The translations under genes were made by a program, and so were the position numbers. The notes beneath the pieces were generated by a model. That model was not told where the DNA came from, did no database searches, and saw only the letters and a program-made list of their open reading frames with translations. A DNA stretch of 64,000 nt from Schmidtea polychroa (lineage: Eukaryota): NCBI GenBank assembly GCA_044892525.1, contig CM097885.1, positions 16,184,001 through 16,248,000 of the forward strand, in the 5' to 3' direction. Positions 1-13,183 of the stretch are shown one piece after another. Within the stretch, counting starts at the first letter, position 1. Every line of letters starts with the position of its first letter.

Positions 1-940
1 TAATTTAACATTATGCCATTGTCGCATCTAATGCTTTACTGATCCATCTCAGCCATGTAGAGGAGCCATTGAAAGCTTGGTCACACCGCGTGCCAATACT
101 CATGCTCATTGCGGAAAACCCAGTCAAATCGCCTTCATTGCCCTCATAAACATTACACAAATGCACTCAGTCTGGGACACATTTCTCGCTATCCGTTCTG
201 AGTAAGCATCCGTTTTGTACAGCTCCTTTCATGCATGCCATCCGATATGTCAGTGTAGGATCTTGTCTGTGTACAGGTTTCCAACCCTTCAAATTGAGGA
301 TCTAGAAAAGATAAAATCAAATTCCCTCAACTCGTCATTAATTCATATTCATACACAAGGTAACACCATAGGTAATACTTAGCTAAATATTCTATGCGTA
401 TGATTCTTCCTTTCCTAATATTGGCGTTTGTAGGCTACGGAATAAGTGATATGCAATTATATTTGTGTCATTGTTGATATAACCTGTGGCCTCCCATTCT
501 CTCCATTTATCATGTCAGTTAGTGTCAAATACTTTATTCTGCAATGGCATAAAATCCTTCATTCAATAAACAAATATTGAAGACTAAATAAAATAAGCGT
601 TTCCAAAGCATTTATCACACGGGGCATGGATATAGATGAATGCAACTGACGCCCTGTGACTATTCCATCAACTTTTACACATTCGCTATTGTAGGAAGAA
701 CTCTTGATAGAAACCCCTAATAAGTCACGCCACAATGTATCAATGCGTTCGATGACACAACAAAGAACAATGAAAGATGACCACGGCTACTGCGGAATGA
801 CATCAGAATGGTCCAGACAATTTGGTGTCCATTAATTGGAATAATATTAAAAAATAAAAAACAAATGTTTGATTTGTTGCTGAATCTGCTGTGACAAAAT
901 TCTGTGCCATATTTATGTACATGTATCAAAACATACACCC

Positions 941-996
941 TCCAGCACATACACAATCGCATGCACCAGCACATGCACCAGCACATGCACCAGCAC
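941..996. repeat. short tandem repeat, 12-bp unit (ACATGCACCAGC), about 4 copies
   Basis: Repeat visible directly; it explains the CWCM repeats in the spurious ORF 717-1022. Confidence 0.8.
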
Positions 997-1620
997 AGTG
1001 AACTACAATTTGATAGAATCAATTAAAATTAAGTGTCAATTAGGCATTGCATTGATCACAGATTTCATAAAATTATACAAAAATTGGTTACAATTTAATT
1101 TTTTTATTGTGTTAAATCTAATCCAATTTATCAGCATTGCTTTGTGCATTTGACATTTTATCATTGCACCCTTGTAACAAAAAAATGTGAAAATGTCAAT
1201 ATGGGGCTCACAGGAACCTTGTACACATCAGAAAATGTGAGACAAATATTTGTAACCATAACGAGATCATTAGATCAATATATTAACATTTTATGAAAAA
1301 TATTTATTTTTATATTTTGATATATTTTAATTTGTATTTGCCCTTAAAAATGTTAAAATTTTACATTTCGTTATCAAATTATAATTTAAATAATTTTGTA
1401 ATATTTAAAATAAATGAGAAAAAAATTAACATTAATAATATTTCGAATTACTCTAAAGGCTAAAATACAATAATTATAAAATGTTTGTTTATCTACATCA
1501 AAATACAAATTATAAATATTGAAATTGTCAACGTCAGCGGAATAATTAATATAATAAGTATGATTTATGAATGTTGTAAAATGTTGAAATATTTTGATAA
1601 TTTTGTTAATTTTAGATAAA

Positions 1621-3033
1621 ATGTTTGCAAGCGTATGGGAACTAATGAAGAGGAATAAATTTGAATTTGATAATGAAATCAGCAGTGAATTGATATGCAG
1701 AATTTGCAACAGTTTAATGATAAAAGCTTGCCAAGCTCCTTGCGGTTGTGGCTTTTGTTCTGATTGCATTGAACATTATTTGGATGGAAGAAATAAATTC
1801 TGTCCAGGAGCAGCAAAACATTGTGAAAAGAAAATGATCAATTTCAAAAAAGATGTTTCTGAAGATCATGCAGCCAATTTAAGGATTTCAGAAGTGACAG
1901 TAAGATGCCCAGTGCAAAATTGTCAATTCAAAGATGAATTAGAGGTGATGGAGAGCCACATGAGAACATGCAACAAGCAAACAATAAAATGTCCATTCAA
2001 TAGAATCGGATGCGAAATGAATGAGAACATTGAAGGCCATAGCAAATTATTGATTGATCAGATCAGTAATATATGCAATGAGATGAAAGCAATGCGAGAC
2101 GAGAATGTGACATTGCGTAATGAAATTATCAATATCAATGTAAAATTTTATTTGTAATTAATTTTATTTATATTTGTGATTGTAGGTGAAACAGGGCAAT
2201 ATTGAAAGGAAAGAGGCGGAGAACAGAGATGAAATAGAAGAATTGAATGAGGAAATGGTGGTATTGAAGAATGAGAATCGCTCATTGAGAATGGAGATGG
2301 AGACAAATATTGGATCAATCAATCAAGTTTGATTATTGATTTGATTTACTATTGATTTGTTATTGATGCAAAGCAGGTCCGACAGCAAATTGAGGCGATT
2401 GAATCAAAATTCCAACAGCAAATTGATGACATGAAAGAGAAATGCGAGCAGCGGTTGCAACAGGTCAGACTGCAAATTGAGGCGATTGAGTCGCCTCAAA
2501 GGAGAGAAATAATTCATTTGGCATTTATAATAATTATCTTGATGCTCATGGCAGCTCAGATATGGCAGATTGAAACAAAATTAGCAAATGAAAAATATAT
2601 AAATTATGGATTTTTTGAATGGCAAATCGATAAATTTTCACAACAAAAAAGAAATGAATATATTTACAGCGAGGCATTTTATTCCGGGCCAATCGGTTAC
2701 AAAATGTGCATGGCGGTGTACATTGAGGTTGATTGGGTTTGGCCTGGTTTCTGTTTGATGCGTGGGGCAAATGATGAGCAATTGGATTGGCCGTTCAATC
2801 AATCCGTGACAATCGATGTGATCGATCCAGCAAATGGCAACATTTATATGAGCAAGTCAATGAAATATTCAGATTTGCCTGATGCAGCCGGATGGAGGAA
2901 ACCGTCAAATGACAGAAATGATTTAATTGGCTTTTATAATTATCGTACTGATACCAGCTCAATCTATCAATTAGCAGCCAAAAGTGATAAATTGCTGCTC
3001 AGGTGCAGAATTGAAAAATTCTTACAAATTTAA
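1621..3033 (+). CDS. TRAF-family adaptor/E3 ligase (RING - TRAF zinc finger - coiled coil - MATH); exons 1621-2139, 2186-2326, 2377-3033
   Basis: RING CRIC...CGCGFCSDC...CP, zinc finger CPVQNC...HMRTC, MATH motifs WQIDKFS, YSEAFYSGPIGYKMC, LMRGANDEQLDWPF. Phase-0 GT-AG introns 2140-2185 and 2327-2376 join one open frame of about 438 aa. AATAAA follows the stop. Confidence 0.88.
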
Positions 3034-4794
3034 AAAAACATTTCAATAAAGAATTTATTTTGGGTTTTGATTTGTTTTATTGTTTCCCTTTTTTATTATA
3101 TTTTTATTATATTTATTATATGAGATTATTATTGTGGTAATTATTGTCATTCTCGCCTTCCATCCGATATCATCATCACGTGGCGGAGCGCTCACAGCAA
3201 ATTGCCAATCGCAATATCAACATCAATTATATAATTAATTAAAAGCAATTTATTAAATCAAAAACATTTAATATAAATTAATTTGAATAATTATTATAAT
3301 TAAATTAATAATTAATTTGAAAGAAATGAAATTAAAATTCACCCGAATATAAGCGCTGACAAATTGCTTCAACAAATAAAACGCTCCTATGACGAGTGGA
3401 ACCGACGAGAAAACCGCCGCTGATGTTATATGAGTTTTGGAGAAATTATTGCTGTATTGAATGGCAGTAAAATGCACCTAAATGCAATACTAACACTGCG
3501 TTATATCAAATTGATAAATGCCTTAACATTTCGCCAGCTATTTGTGAGGCATTTAAACGAAAATCCGCAACAACAATACTGATCAAATGTTCGAAAATTG
3601 CTTTCACATCTGTTTTGATAAGTTTACCAAATTGGAGCTGTCGATTCAATGAGGGCAATCAATGCTTTCTTAACTCTATAACATTCTGTTACGAATTCTT
3701 TTTATTAATTAAACGAATTACTTTATTTAATCTTTCATAAAATTTTGATCTCTTAAGGTTTCGAGTCAGATTTACTAATAATATTATTGTTAATATAATA
3801 ATAATAATAATTGCATTTCTAATAATTGCCTTTCTAATCCTTTTTAAGAGCTAGTGACCTGATTTAATATTAAATAATGTAAGATTTCATAAATTTATTC
3901 ACTTTTTCATTCGCTAAATTTTCAAATACAATATTATTAAAACAAAAAAGATTTCATGTAAATTAATATTAAAATTCACAAATTTGATAATTTGAATGAA
4001 TTTTACTTATTAACAAACAACGAAATTTATCTTGAATTCTTGAAATTATAAGAAAAAGGGGATCATTTAGGAAATTTATAAATTAGCTTTTAAAGTGAAG
4101 TTGAGTCCAATACGTAATCTACATCAATACCTTGGGAGTAGATGGTTACGATCCCGCTAACTCACATACCTTCCCCCTCGGGGGAAAAAACTTTTTTTTG
4201 AAAAAAGTAGGTCAACTCAAAAATTTTTAATTTTTTTAAATTTTTTATAATTTTTTAAGATTTTCAACGGTTTTTTATAATTTTTAAAGATTTTCAACAA
4301 TTTTCAAGAGTTTTTCTCGAAAATTTTATATTTTTCTCAGAAATTTTATATTTTTCTATGGTTTTTCTCAGAAATTTAATAAATTTTTACAATTTTCAAG
4401 GTATCTACATAAATATTTTCAGAGTTTTTATGTAGGTCAACTCAAAATACTTCGAAAAATTTTGAAAATAAAGTAGGTCAAAAATATTTGGGGTAGAAAA
4501 ACTGACTTTATGCGTGCATGTGTGTAATGGGTAATAATTAAGGGATCATTCAGCAACTTTTAGGAATCGAAAATTTTTATAATATATTTTCAATAATTAG
4601 TCTAACTCAAAGTAGGTCAAATATATATATCGGGGGTAGAAAAAACTGATTTTATGCGTGTATGTGTGTAATGGGCAATAAATAATATAATTCAACAACT
4701 TTTAAGAATTGAAAATTTTTAAAAGTAATGAATACCTCATTTTAAAAAACGAGCGCGGTGATTATTATTATTATTATTATTATTACCCTATTAC

Positions 4795-4826
<32 letters not shown>

Positions 4827-4977
4827 CTTCGAGTTTATCTGACAAGATATTTTGACCCCCTACGGGTATTGCTCATTAATATTTTGCATTATTTTGTGTT
4901 TTGTGTTTTGCATTAATATTACAATTTCATCTTTAATAAAGTGAACAACAAATATGATTAAATACATTTATTAAACT

Positions 4978-5232
4978 TCAAATTTTTTTATACAACAACC
5001 AAGCTAAACAATGTTGACCGCATGTTTGAGTTAATGGATTTTGAAACATAGTTTTATTATACACAATAGGTTTTCCCATTGTTTGTAGTTTTGATATCAT
5101 CAAAGCCGGATAATAGAAACCCATAGGATCAAACACGAATATATTACCAGGTTTCATATATATAGCTATCCAATGTTCTCCACCAAGATGAGACGATTGA
5201 GTATTGACGACTATGGCTTGATTATTGCTCAA
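4978..5232 (-). pseudogene. adenain-like cysteine protease (Polinton A), 5' end disrupted
   Basis: GEHWIA (His), FDPMG (Asp), FQNPLTQTCGQHC (Gln/Cys); no proper ATG in frame. Confidence 0.85.
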
Positions 5233-5327
5233 ATAAGGAATTTTATCGAGAGGAAATACTCCTACAAATTCATTTCCTAATATTTGTTTTCTAGTTTGAT
5301 TAACCTGAACAGAACTACTTTAATAAA

Positions 5328-6105
<778 letters not shown>

Positions 6106-6278
6106 ACTGTACGCAAGCTGGTCTGATAATCACTTCTGGATTTCCTTTTTCGAATTTGGAACTCTTTTCTTTAATTTTGAGACTTCACCGAAACCGGCTT
6201 CGTCTTCGGGGTTCGTCCAAATCTTCTCCATTACAACAAGAAGATTTAATATTAAATTTAATGTCGGGTAATGAAGGA

Positions 6279-6770
6279 TTAGCGCCCATTGTTTATGATC
6301 TGCTTCCTATTATTCCACGTAATCAATGCACCGATAAATCCCCCTTGTTGTTTATATATAATTTTTCTCATTTGTTGACGATTTTTATTATTTACTAATG
6401 ATAGCAAAGGTCTCCTATGTTTACTCAATAATTGCTTTTTAGATTTTCTGATTTTAATCTTGCCTTTGACTACTTTAAGTATAATATCGAGTAAATCATC
6501 GACAACATAATTTGGAAATGATTGCAAAATACTGTTTCTTTTCATACTTGGTGCCTTTAACAATGTATTAAAAAACGGGAAACTCCGATGATTTTTAACA
6601 ACTTTTACTTTCTTAGTGGTTTTACTTTTAGGTTTAGGTTTAGGATTTTTCGAAATAAGATTCATTGCAGGAAAATTTTCTGTAATAAGTTCTTTTTTAA
6701 ATGGAGTATAACTAGTTGTTGGTGGAACTTTTGGTTGTTTTTCACCTGATATCCTTGTTTTTGAAAACAT
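6279..6770 (-). CDS. basic core protein, adenovirus pX-like at the C-terminus (probably frameshifted near its end)
   Basis: Lys/Arg-rich, ending QQGGFIGALI, which resembles the GG-F/I-hydrophobic segment of pX-like Polinton core proteins; lies between ATPase and integrase. Confidence 0.6.
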   Translation of the reverse strand: MFSKTRISGEKQPKVPPTTSYTPFKKELITENFPAMNLISKNPKPKPKSKTTKKVKVVKNHRSFPFFNTLLKAPSMKRNSILQSFPNYVVDDLLDIILKVVKGKIKIRKSKKQLLSKHRRPLLSLVNNKNRQQMRKIIYKQQGGFIGALITWNNRKQIINNGR

Positions 6771-6771
6771 G

Positions 6772-7412
6772 ATTTATATGTTTTGAACTTTGTTTTGAAC
6801 TTTGTTTATAAACCATGGCACCTTTTGGGTTGAAAATATCTGTTTTTACCCGTATATCATCAGGACATTGTTGTGTGAAATCGAGAAATATATACCCATG
6901 CGGTATTTTCGTAGCATCTTGAAATGCATTGATAAGAAAATTACGGTTATTAGGGTATGCCTTTCGTCCAAGAAAATCAATGACAGTTGCATCTCTAGGA
7001 TTCTTGACTATTGTACATTTAAATTACGTGTTCGATGTGCACCACCTTGATGAAATAGATTTTGTGTTATGAAGATAACTGTTACACCAACATGTCTGCT
7101 GATTTTTGTGAATAAATTATTGAAATCCTTTTCTTTATTAGCTTCCTGATATAAATCATCGATAATGATGACATCACCTTTCTTTAATCGATTTGACCAG
7201 TTTTTATCAAATCCCTTTACTATTTTCATGTTTTTCAACTTACAAAAATTATCTTGAGCCAATCCATGTTCTTCATCAGCGCCCCTATGCCAATAAATCT
7301 TATTGAATTTTGATTTGAATAAATCTGATTTTAGCAATTTGCAAACAAATAATGTTTTACCGCTACCGCTTGGGCCAACGATTTGGTATACTGCATCATT
7401 TCTTAATTCCAT
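6772..7412 (-). pseudogene. A32/FtsK-like packaging ATPase of Polinton A (small deletion/frameshift near 7005)
   Basis: Walker A GPSGSGKT, Walker B IIIDD, SRH..VIFITQNLF; continues in another frame as KNPRDATVIDFLGRKAYP...HGYIFLDF. Confidence 0.9.
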
Positions 7413-7421
7413 TTCAAGTTT

Positions 7422-7536
<115 letters not shown>

Positions 7537-7575
7537 TATATTATACAATTTAATGAACTGTTATTAAATGATATA

Positions 7576-8018
7576 CACTTAATTCTGTTTTTACGCGAAC
7601 TTTTTTTACGCGAATTTGATTTAACGCGATTCAAAAAAATTATTTCGTTCTGTTTTTACGCGATTTGATTTGATTTAACGCGATTTAAAAATATGTTTAA
7701 TGATATATTTTGCCACTTTTTGTTTTACTAAAATGATTTTTTTGTGATTTTTTTGTTAAATAATGAATTTTTTTTGTTAAATTAAAATTTTTTTTCGTTT
7801 GTCGTTATTTTATTCAACAATATATAATTAAATAAATAAAAAGTGTATAAAACACGTAAAAACCATGAATTTGTATACTTTAATCACATTATTTTAGTTG
7901 ATTTTGGAAATGAAGAACCAATCCTCTACTTTCATATGGACACCATATCTTTTTTTACGCGATGTTTTTACGCGTATTTTCGGGGAACGTATCTATCGCG
8001 TAAAAACAGAATTAGGTG
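7576..8018. mobile_element. Tc1/mariner/pogo-type MITE
   Basis: 23-bp TIR CAC(T/C)TAATTCTGTTTTTACGCGA, TA TSD (7574-7575 / 8019-8020), internal TTTTACGCGA sub-repeats, no coding capacity. Confidence 0.9.
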
Positions 8019-8051
8019 TATAAAGATTAAAATTTCATAGATTATTTAATA

Positions 8052-8489
8052 ATGCTATCAAATATAAATTATCGAGGAGATTTTGATGTTTCGAAAATGA
8101 AGTTCCCTTCCGGAAAACCACAGCAAATTGTCGATAGAAGCGGAAAATACCCGATAATATTTTTCAAGACAGGTAAATGTAGAATCATGGGATGTAAGGA
8201 ACCCTTGGATAATAATAAATTACAATATCGAATCAATAATATTAAAATCCAATCAATTACAGTTACTATGGATATAGGACATAGTATCAACCTATATATT
8301 ATGTCGAAAAAATGTGATTGTATGTTTGAACCGGAATTGTTTCCGGCACTAATACTAATAAAATATAACCCTATATGTGTCAATGTGTTTGCTAGTGGAA
8401 AGGTTGTCATACTTGGGTTGAGAAATTTGGAGTATAGGGAATTTGTTAACAATGTTCGAAATGAGATAATTTCATTGGTCAATTTCTAA
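8052..8489 (+). CDS. TATA-box-binding-protein (TBP)-like protein carried by Polinton A
   Basis: Two TBP repeats: LSNINYRGDF...IIFFKTGKCRIMGCK and IKIQSITVTMDIGHSINL...FEPELFPAL...VNVFASGKVVILG (cf. eukaryotic YEPELFPGL...IFVSGKVVLTG). Intronless and open. Confidence 0.88.
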   Translation: MLSNINYRGDFDVSKMKFPSGKPQQIVDRSGKYPIIFFKTGKCRIMGCKEPLDNNKLQYRINNIKIQSITVTMDIGHSINLYIMSKKCDCMFEPELFPALILIKYNPICVNVFASGKVVILGLRNLEYREFVNNVRNEIISLVNF

Positions 8490-8549
8490 TTGGTTAATGT
8501 TTGTTTTAAACAATATGTTTTCTGTTTAGAAATCATTTATTCAACAAAA

Positions 8550-8942
8550 ATGTACAACATACAAAGTTCCGCAATCAACTCAATGAAAGAGCATGCAAAT
8601 TATGGTAATTTCAAATTTTTATTATTACATTAATATATATATCAATCAATTATCCTGCAAAGATTATGCTTCTATTATCCACAAATGTATGATATACTGA
8701 AAGATCGAGATGCTGCAATAATTCGAGATTTAATTTACAACCAAACAAGAATTTAGATATTTGATATTATTAATACCTTTCTCTGGGATGTAAAGATCGG
8801 AAGAACTATGAAAGAAATGGAACCAGAATACCCCTGCTTTATTGGATGCAGTTGTTGTAATTTCCGATACCAAAGATATGTTGAATGGTCTTTGGTAAAG
8901 ACTCTTCGAAATTACCATTTCAGTCGAATTGTCTCAAAATAA
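8550..8942 (+). pseudogene. degraded unknown ORF of Polinton A
   Basis: Frame LCFYYPQMYDILKDRD...*IFDIINTFLWD...CFIGCSCCNFRYQRYVEWSL with one internal stop; AATAAA at the end. Confidence 0.35.
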
Positions 8943-9165
8943 ATCTTTATGTTTAATTATTTATTGTTTTGTCTTGTTTTGTAGTAAATAGTAATAAAAC
9001 TAGTACATATGATAATAAATTATATATAAAATAAAACATCTGACAATGCAATATCAATGCATTTGAATACAATTAAAACAAAGACATGCTATAATCTGAT
9101 TGGTTGATAGAGATCTGTCATATGTATAAAAACCCTGGACCATTTCATTTAAATCACTATTCACG

Positions 9166-9585
9166 ATGACCAAGAAAATATCAAGCATCGGAAAACCAAA
9201 GGTTGTTGAAGAACTTGTACAACCTTTTCAAATGTTCCACAACTACAAAATGTATTTTTTAAAAGAAGAAATCAATATGAAATTGGTGTCACCGATCAAG
9301 CTAATTCCGACTAAATTCCAATTCTTAAACGGGACGCTTTCAATGATAGATATTAAATCTATTGATGAGGTTTTCAAAAGGTTGAATTCAAATCTATCAT
9401 GTAATCAACATGCCTGGTTCAATAATCGATATGCAAGATTTTATGATGCCTTTGATGAAATCAGCTTCAAAGAAAACGAAAATTGGTATATAACAATTGC
9501 AATCCAAGGATATAAAGTTGATAATAATGATATGTATTCTCCGATTTGGAAAATTATATCTGCTAGACGTTCACAAATATTTTAA
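9166..9585 (+). CDS. hypothetical Polinton protein, possibly an OB-fold ssDNA-binding protein
   Basis: Open 139-aa ORF with TATAAAA at 9125 and AATAAA at the stop; the C-terminal ITIAIQGYKV...PIWKII loosely recalls viral SSBs (weak). Confidence 0.55.
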   Translation: MTKKISSIGKPKVVEELVQPFQMFHNYKMYFLKEEINMKLVSPIKLIPTKFQFLNGTLSMIDIKSIDEVFKRLNSNLSCNQHAWFNNRYARFYDAFDEISFKENENWYITIAIQGYKVDNNDMYSPIWKIISARRSQIF

Positions 9586-9734
9586 TAAATGTTGATATAT
9601 TTAATAAATGTATTTAATCATATTTGTTGTTCACTTTATTAATGTTGAAATTACAATATTAATGCAAAACACATGCAAACTTTAACAAAGACAATGTATA
9701 AACAAACTTTTATTATAGTTTTAAATTGTTAATA

Positions 9735-10084
9735 ATGACTGTAGGAAAAGGTTAATATGATTAATTAATTTTCGAATTATTTATTGTTTAGAATATATAA
9801 TCAACTTCTTGTTGGAAAAACTATCAGAAATAAGTGGTGTAAAAATCGATGACATATTAAATGTTTCTAACATATTAAATATATCAGAGAGTGAAGATTC
9901 TGGATTTGATGAAACTAATGAAGAAATTGATGATCCTAAAGAGATATTTATGGATTATATCGATCATATAAGTGAAAATATTATGAAGCGCGATGATAAT
10001 GTATGCAATAATTTTCTAGATTGTATAGATAATAATGTTATGAACTGTGGAGATGAAGATTGCGAACGTGTTAATAAATGTTAA
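9735..10084 (+). CDS. small acidic protein, two exons (9735-9750, 9792-10084)
   Basis: TATAAA at 9697, ATG at 9735; a 41-nt GT-AG intron (9751-9791) restores the frame to give MTVGKEYIINFLLEKLSEISG... Confidence 0.6.
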
Positions 10085-10312
10085 AAATTAGTTATTTAAG
10101 TTAATATTAAGCATATACATTTGTGTTAAACAAGGAATGTGCAATACAAGTGCATGGTTAACAAAGACATGACTAACAATTTGAATGTGCGTGTAAAATA
10201 ATAATAATAATAATTGAGTTGACCTACTTTTTTCAAAAAAAATTTTTTTTCTCCCCGGGGAGGGGGGGGGGGTGTATGTGAGTTAGCGGGCTCGTAACCA
10301 TCTACTCTTTGG

Positions 10313-10970
10313 GTGAAAAGTGACGGTTATGGGATTAAGGGAGGTCATTTATAAATTTTATAAATTATAATGTTAAATTAAACGTAAGTTGAGCATACAT
10401 AATAAAGTAATTTACATTAGCGAAGTTGGTACTTGATTGATGGTCATATTACTTGAGGGGGTCATAAATAATATTATAATTTTAGAATCCAAAATTTAAG
10501 TTAGACATTTATAAGTAAACAATTTACATTATTACATTTAGGATGAAAATAGTAGTGGTAGCACTTTAGAGGGTCATAAATAAAATTTGTAAATTATTAC
10601 AAATCCAATACGTAAAATTCATCAATACCTTGTGGTGATAAGTGACGGTTATGTGGTTTAAGGAGGGTCATTTATAAAATTTATAAATTATAATCTTAAA
10701 TTAAACGTAAGTTGAACATAAAGTAATTTACATTAGCGAAGTTGGTACTTGATTGATGGTCATATTACTTGAGGGGGGTCATAAATAATATTATAATTTT
10801 AAAATCCAAAATTTAAGTAAACAATTTACATTAATACATTTAAGAAGAGATTAGTAGTGGCGTCACTTTAGGGGGTCAAAAATAAAATTTGTAAATTAAT
10901 ATTTTGATTCTTAAATGCAAGCTGAATAAATATATAGATAATCTATATTAGTGAAATTCTTAATAAGTAG
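10313..10970. repeat. AT-rich tandem repeat, unit about 320 bp (2 copies); target of Polinton A
   Basis: AAGTGACGGTTATG...GGTCATTTATAAA...GAAGTTGGTACTTGATTGATGGTCA occurs at about 10318 and 10640; a related copy is at 54604-54900. Confidence 0.85.
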
Positions 10971-10973
10971 ATG

Positions 10974-12124
10974 ACTCCTAGCACTACACGAAGCAATCAA
11001 ACACTTCCAACATTTACTCGAAGGACGAAACTTAAAAATATTCACAGATCACGAACCGCTACATAACGCAATCGAAATGACGAATCCCTCACCAAAGCAG
11101 TTTAGACAAATCAACTTCATTTTACAATTCAACTGCACAATAAACTACGTAGCGGGAAAATCAAACATAGCAGTTGACGCTCTATCAAGAAACGAAAGTG
11201 ACATAAACTCCCTGGAATTCGAAGAGATAATCGAATTGGATCAAATTAAATCCAAACAACACTTAACAATTAACAAACTCCCCAATAAACACAGTTTGTA
11301 ACTACAAAAACTCATCGGAGTATTGCACGACGTCTCCAAAGAAAGCAACAAACGAATATTACTCCCGGAGGAATTTCACGAAAATTGCATCGAAAAAATA
11401 CACAAGATTAATCACTCGGGAAACAAAGTAACATTCGAACTAACACACAACAATTATATATGTCCAAACATGCGTGAAGACATCAAAAACTACGCCAAGA
11501 GTTGTCACAGCTGCCAATTAAACAAAACAACAGAAAACTCAAACCTCAAAAAGTAAACTTCCCAAGCAGCGAAGTCTTCGAAACAATACACACAGATATG
11601 GTAAGACCACTAACACCGACGATAACAACAAATACCTGCTGACAATTATAGACAGGAAATCCAACTAGTTTGAAGTAATCCCAATAAAAGAAATCACCGC
11701 AAAAAATATATGTGAAATGATCGCATTTAATTGAATAGATCGTTATGGTCAACCGAAAACAATCATAACCGATCAAGGCCGACAGTTCGAATCAGAAATG
11801 TTCAAAATACTCTACAACAAATACAACATCGAAAGGAACCGAACAACAGCTAAGAACCCACAATTAAACGGAAAAATCGAACGGTTCCACAGAACATTAA
11901 AAGAAAACAAAAGAACAAAAGCCAATGATCAAAATTGGTTAAATCATCTACCCACAATACTAATCGAAATGAGAAATTTTCGAAACTCAATAGATAATGA
12001 AAGTACAGCATACAAGGTTTGCGGAAAAGCAACAAATCTACCATCACTCAAAAACAAAACAGCAGATAACACAGAACCAAACAAACAAACAACTAACAAT
12101 AACAACGGAAATAAGAAATAAACC
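10974..12124 (+). pseudogene. Gypsy pol fragment (RNase H - integrase), A/C-rich family
   Basis: LLALHEAIKHF...IFTDH, GKSNIAVDALSR, HHCC zinc finger, TDQGRQFES, NGKIERFHRTLK; several stops and frameshifts. Confidence 0.9.
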
Positions 12125-13183
12125 TTTTGGGTTTTAGATTAATTCAAGTCGGTTCTCTCTGACTCCCAGTGTTCTTTAAATCAAAACAATGAACGACCCA
12201 ACGTATATTGAAACAACAGGTTCACAATTTATTATCACCACTTTACAATTACTAATCGAAGTTTTACACGATTCTCCGCTCGGCGTTGATGCTTTGCAAA
12301 CAAATAATATTCACCTTTTAGTCCTTTAGATTCTCTTGACTCACGTTTTCCTCGGTTTCTGTTTGGTTTGATTCCTTTTCACCTTTCCGTATTCTTAATT
12401 CTATTTCTTCTTTTCCCTACTTTCCCTAATTCGTTTACCAACTTTTCCTACGCTCTGATTCTTCGAACCCTAGCTGAGGCAAAATGCCGATTTTCTCTGA
12501 TTTTCCCTTTGCTTACTCCTCGAAATCAGGATGACAAATGGTTATTGCCGAGCCAATCTTTCGTTTGACATTTGCTCCTATATATTTGCTTCGGCTGTCA
12601 CCCATAATGGTCCAACGAATCCAGATAATTAATGGCCCTACCGGTTTTCCTACGCGCGCTATCTTCTCCTTACTCTTTTCCCATTAATCATTGTGTCAAG
12701 CTAATGGGCCCAAATCTTCCTTCTGTTTGCTTTTCTTCTTGTTTACCCAGCTCGGGTTTCCTTTATCTCTCGGGTTCTCCATTGGCTCGGGTTTCCCATT
12801 AGCTCGGGTTTTCCATTAGCCAATTAATTAATTAATTAACGTTTTCTGTTTTCATACATTTGAATGTTTTTCGACCCTTCCTAACCATTTTCTGATAAAT
12901 CCCTAACCATCATCTTGATGACCATTAGCTAATCTATACCTGTCCCGTTTTTCCCATTCGATTTCGATGATTTTTCCATATATTGATTTTTCTCGGATTT
13001 CCGGATTCTTGCCTTTCGTAATTGCTTTTGGCATTTTCTAATACTCTTTCCATCACACTTTCCTTTACTATTGATTCTGTGCGCGATCCCGCTTTTATTT
13101 GTCTTTTTTCTTCGCTTACTTTCTATTTGAATTATTATCCTAAATTTTATTTAAATTTTAATTTTAATTTACAAACCTCAACA
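12125..13183 (-). repeat. 3' LTR of element D (about 1059 bp)
   Basis: Matches 43951-44821; begins TGTTGAG on the minus strand immediately after the polypurine tract. Confidence 0.92.

Noticed and set aside
1..1022. Coding sequence in the first kilobase, including ORF 717-1022
   Set aside because: Frames are short or interrupted, with no recognisable motif; the Cys/Trp pattern comes from a 12-bp repeat
8069..8482. 137-aa minus-strand ORF
   Set aside because: Antisense shadow of the TBP-like ORF, with no motifs
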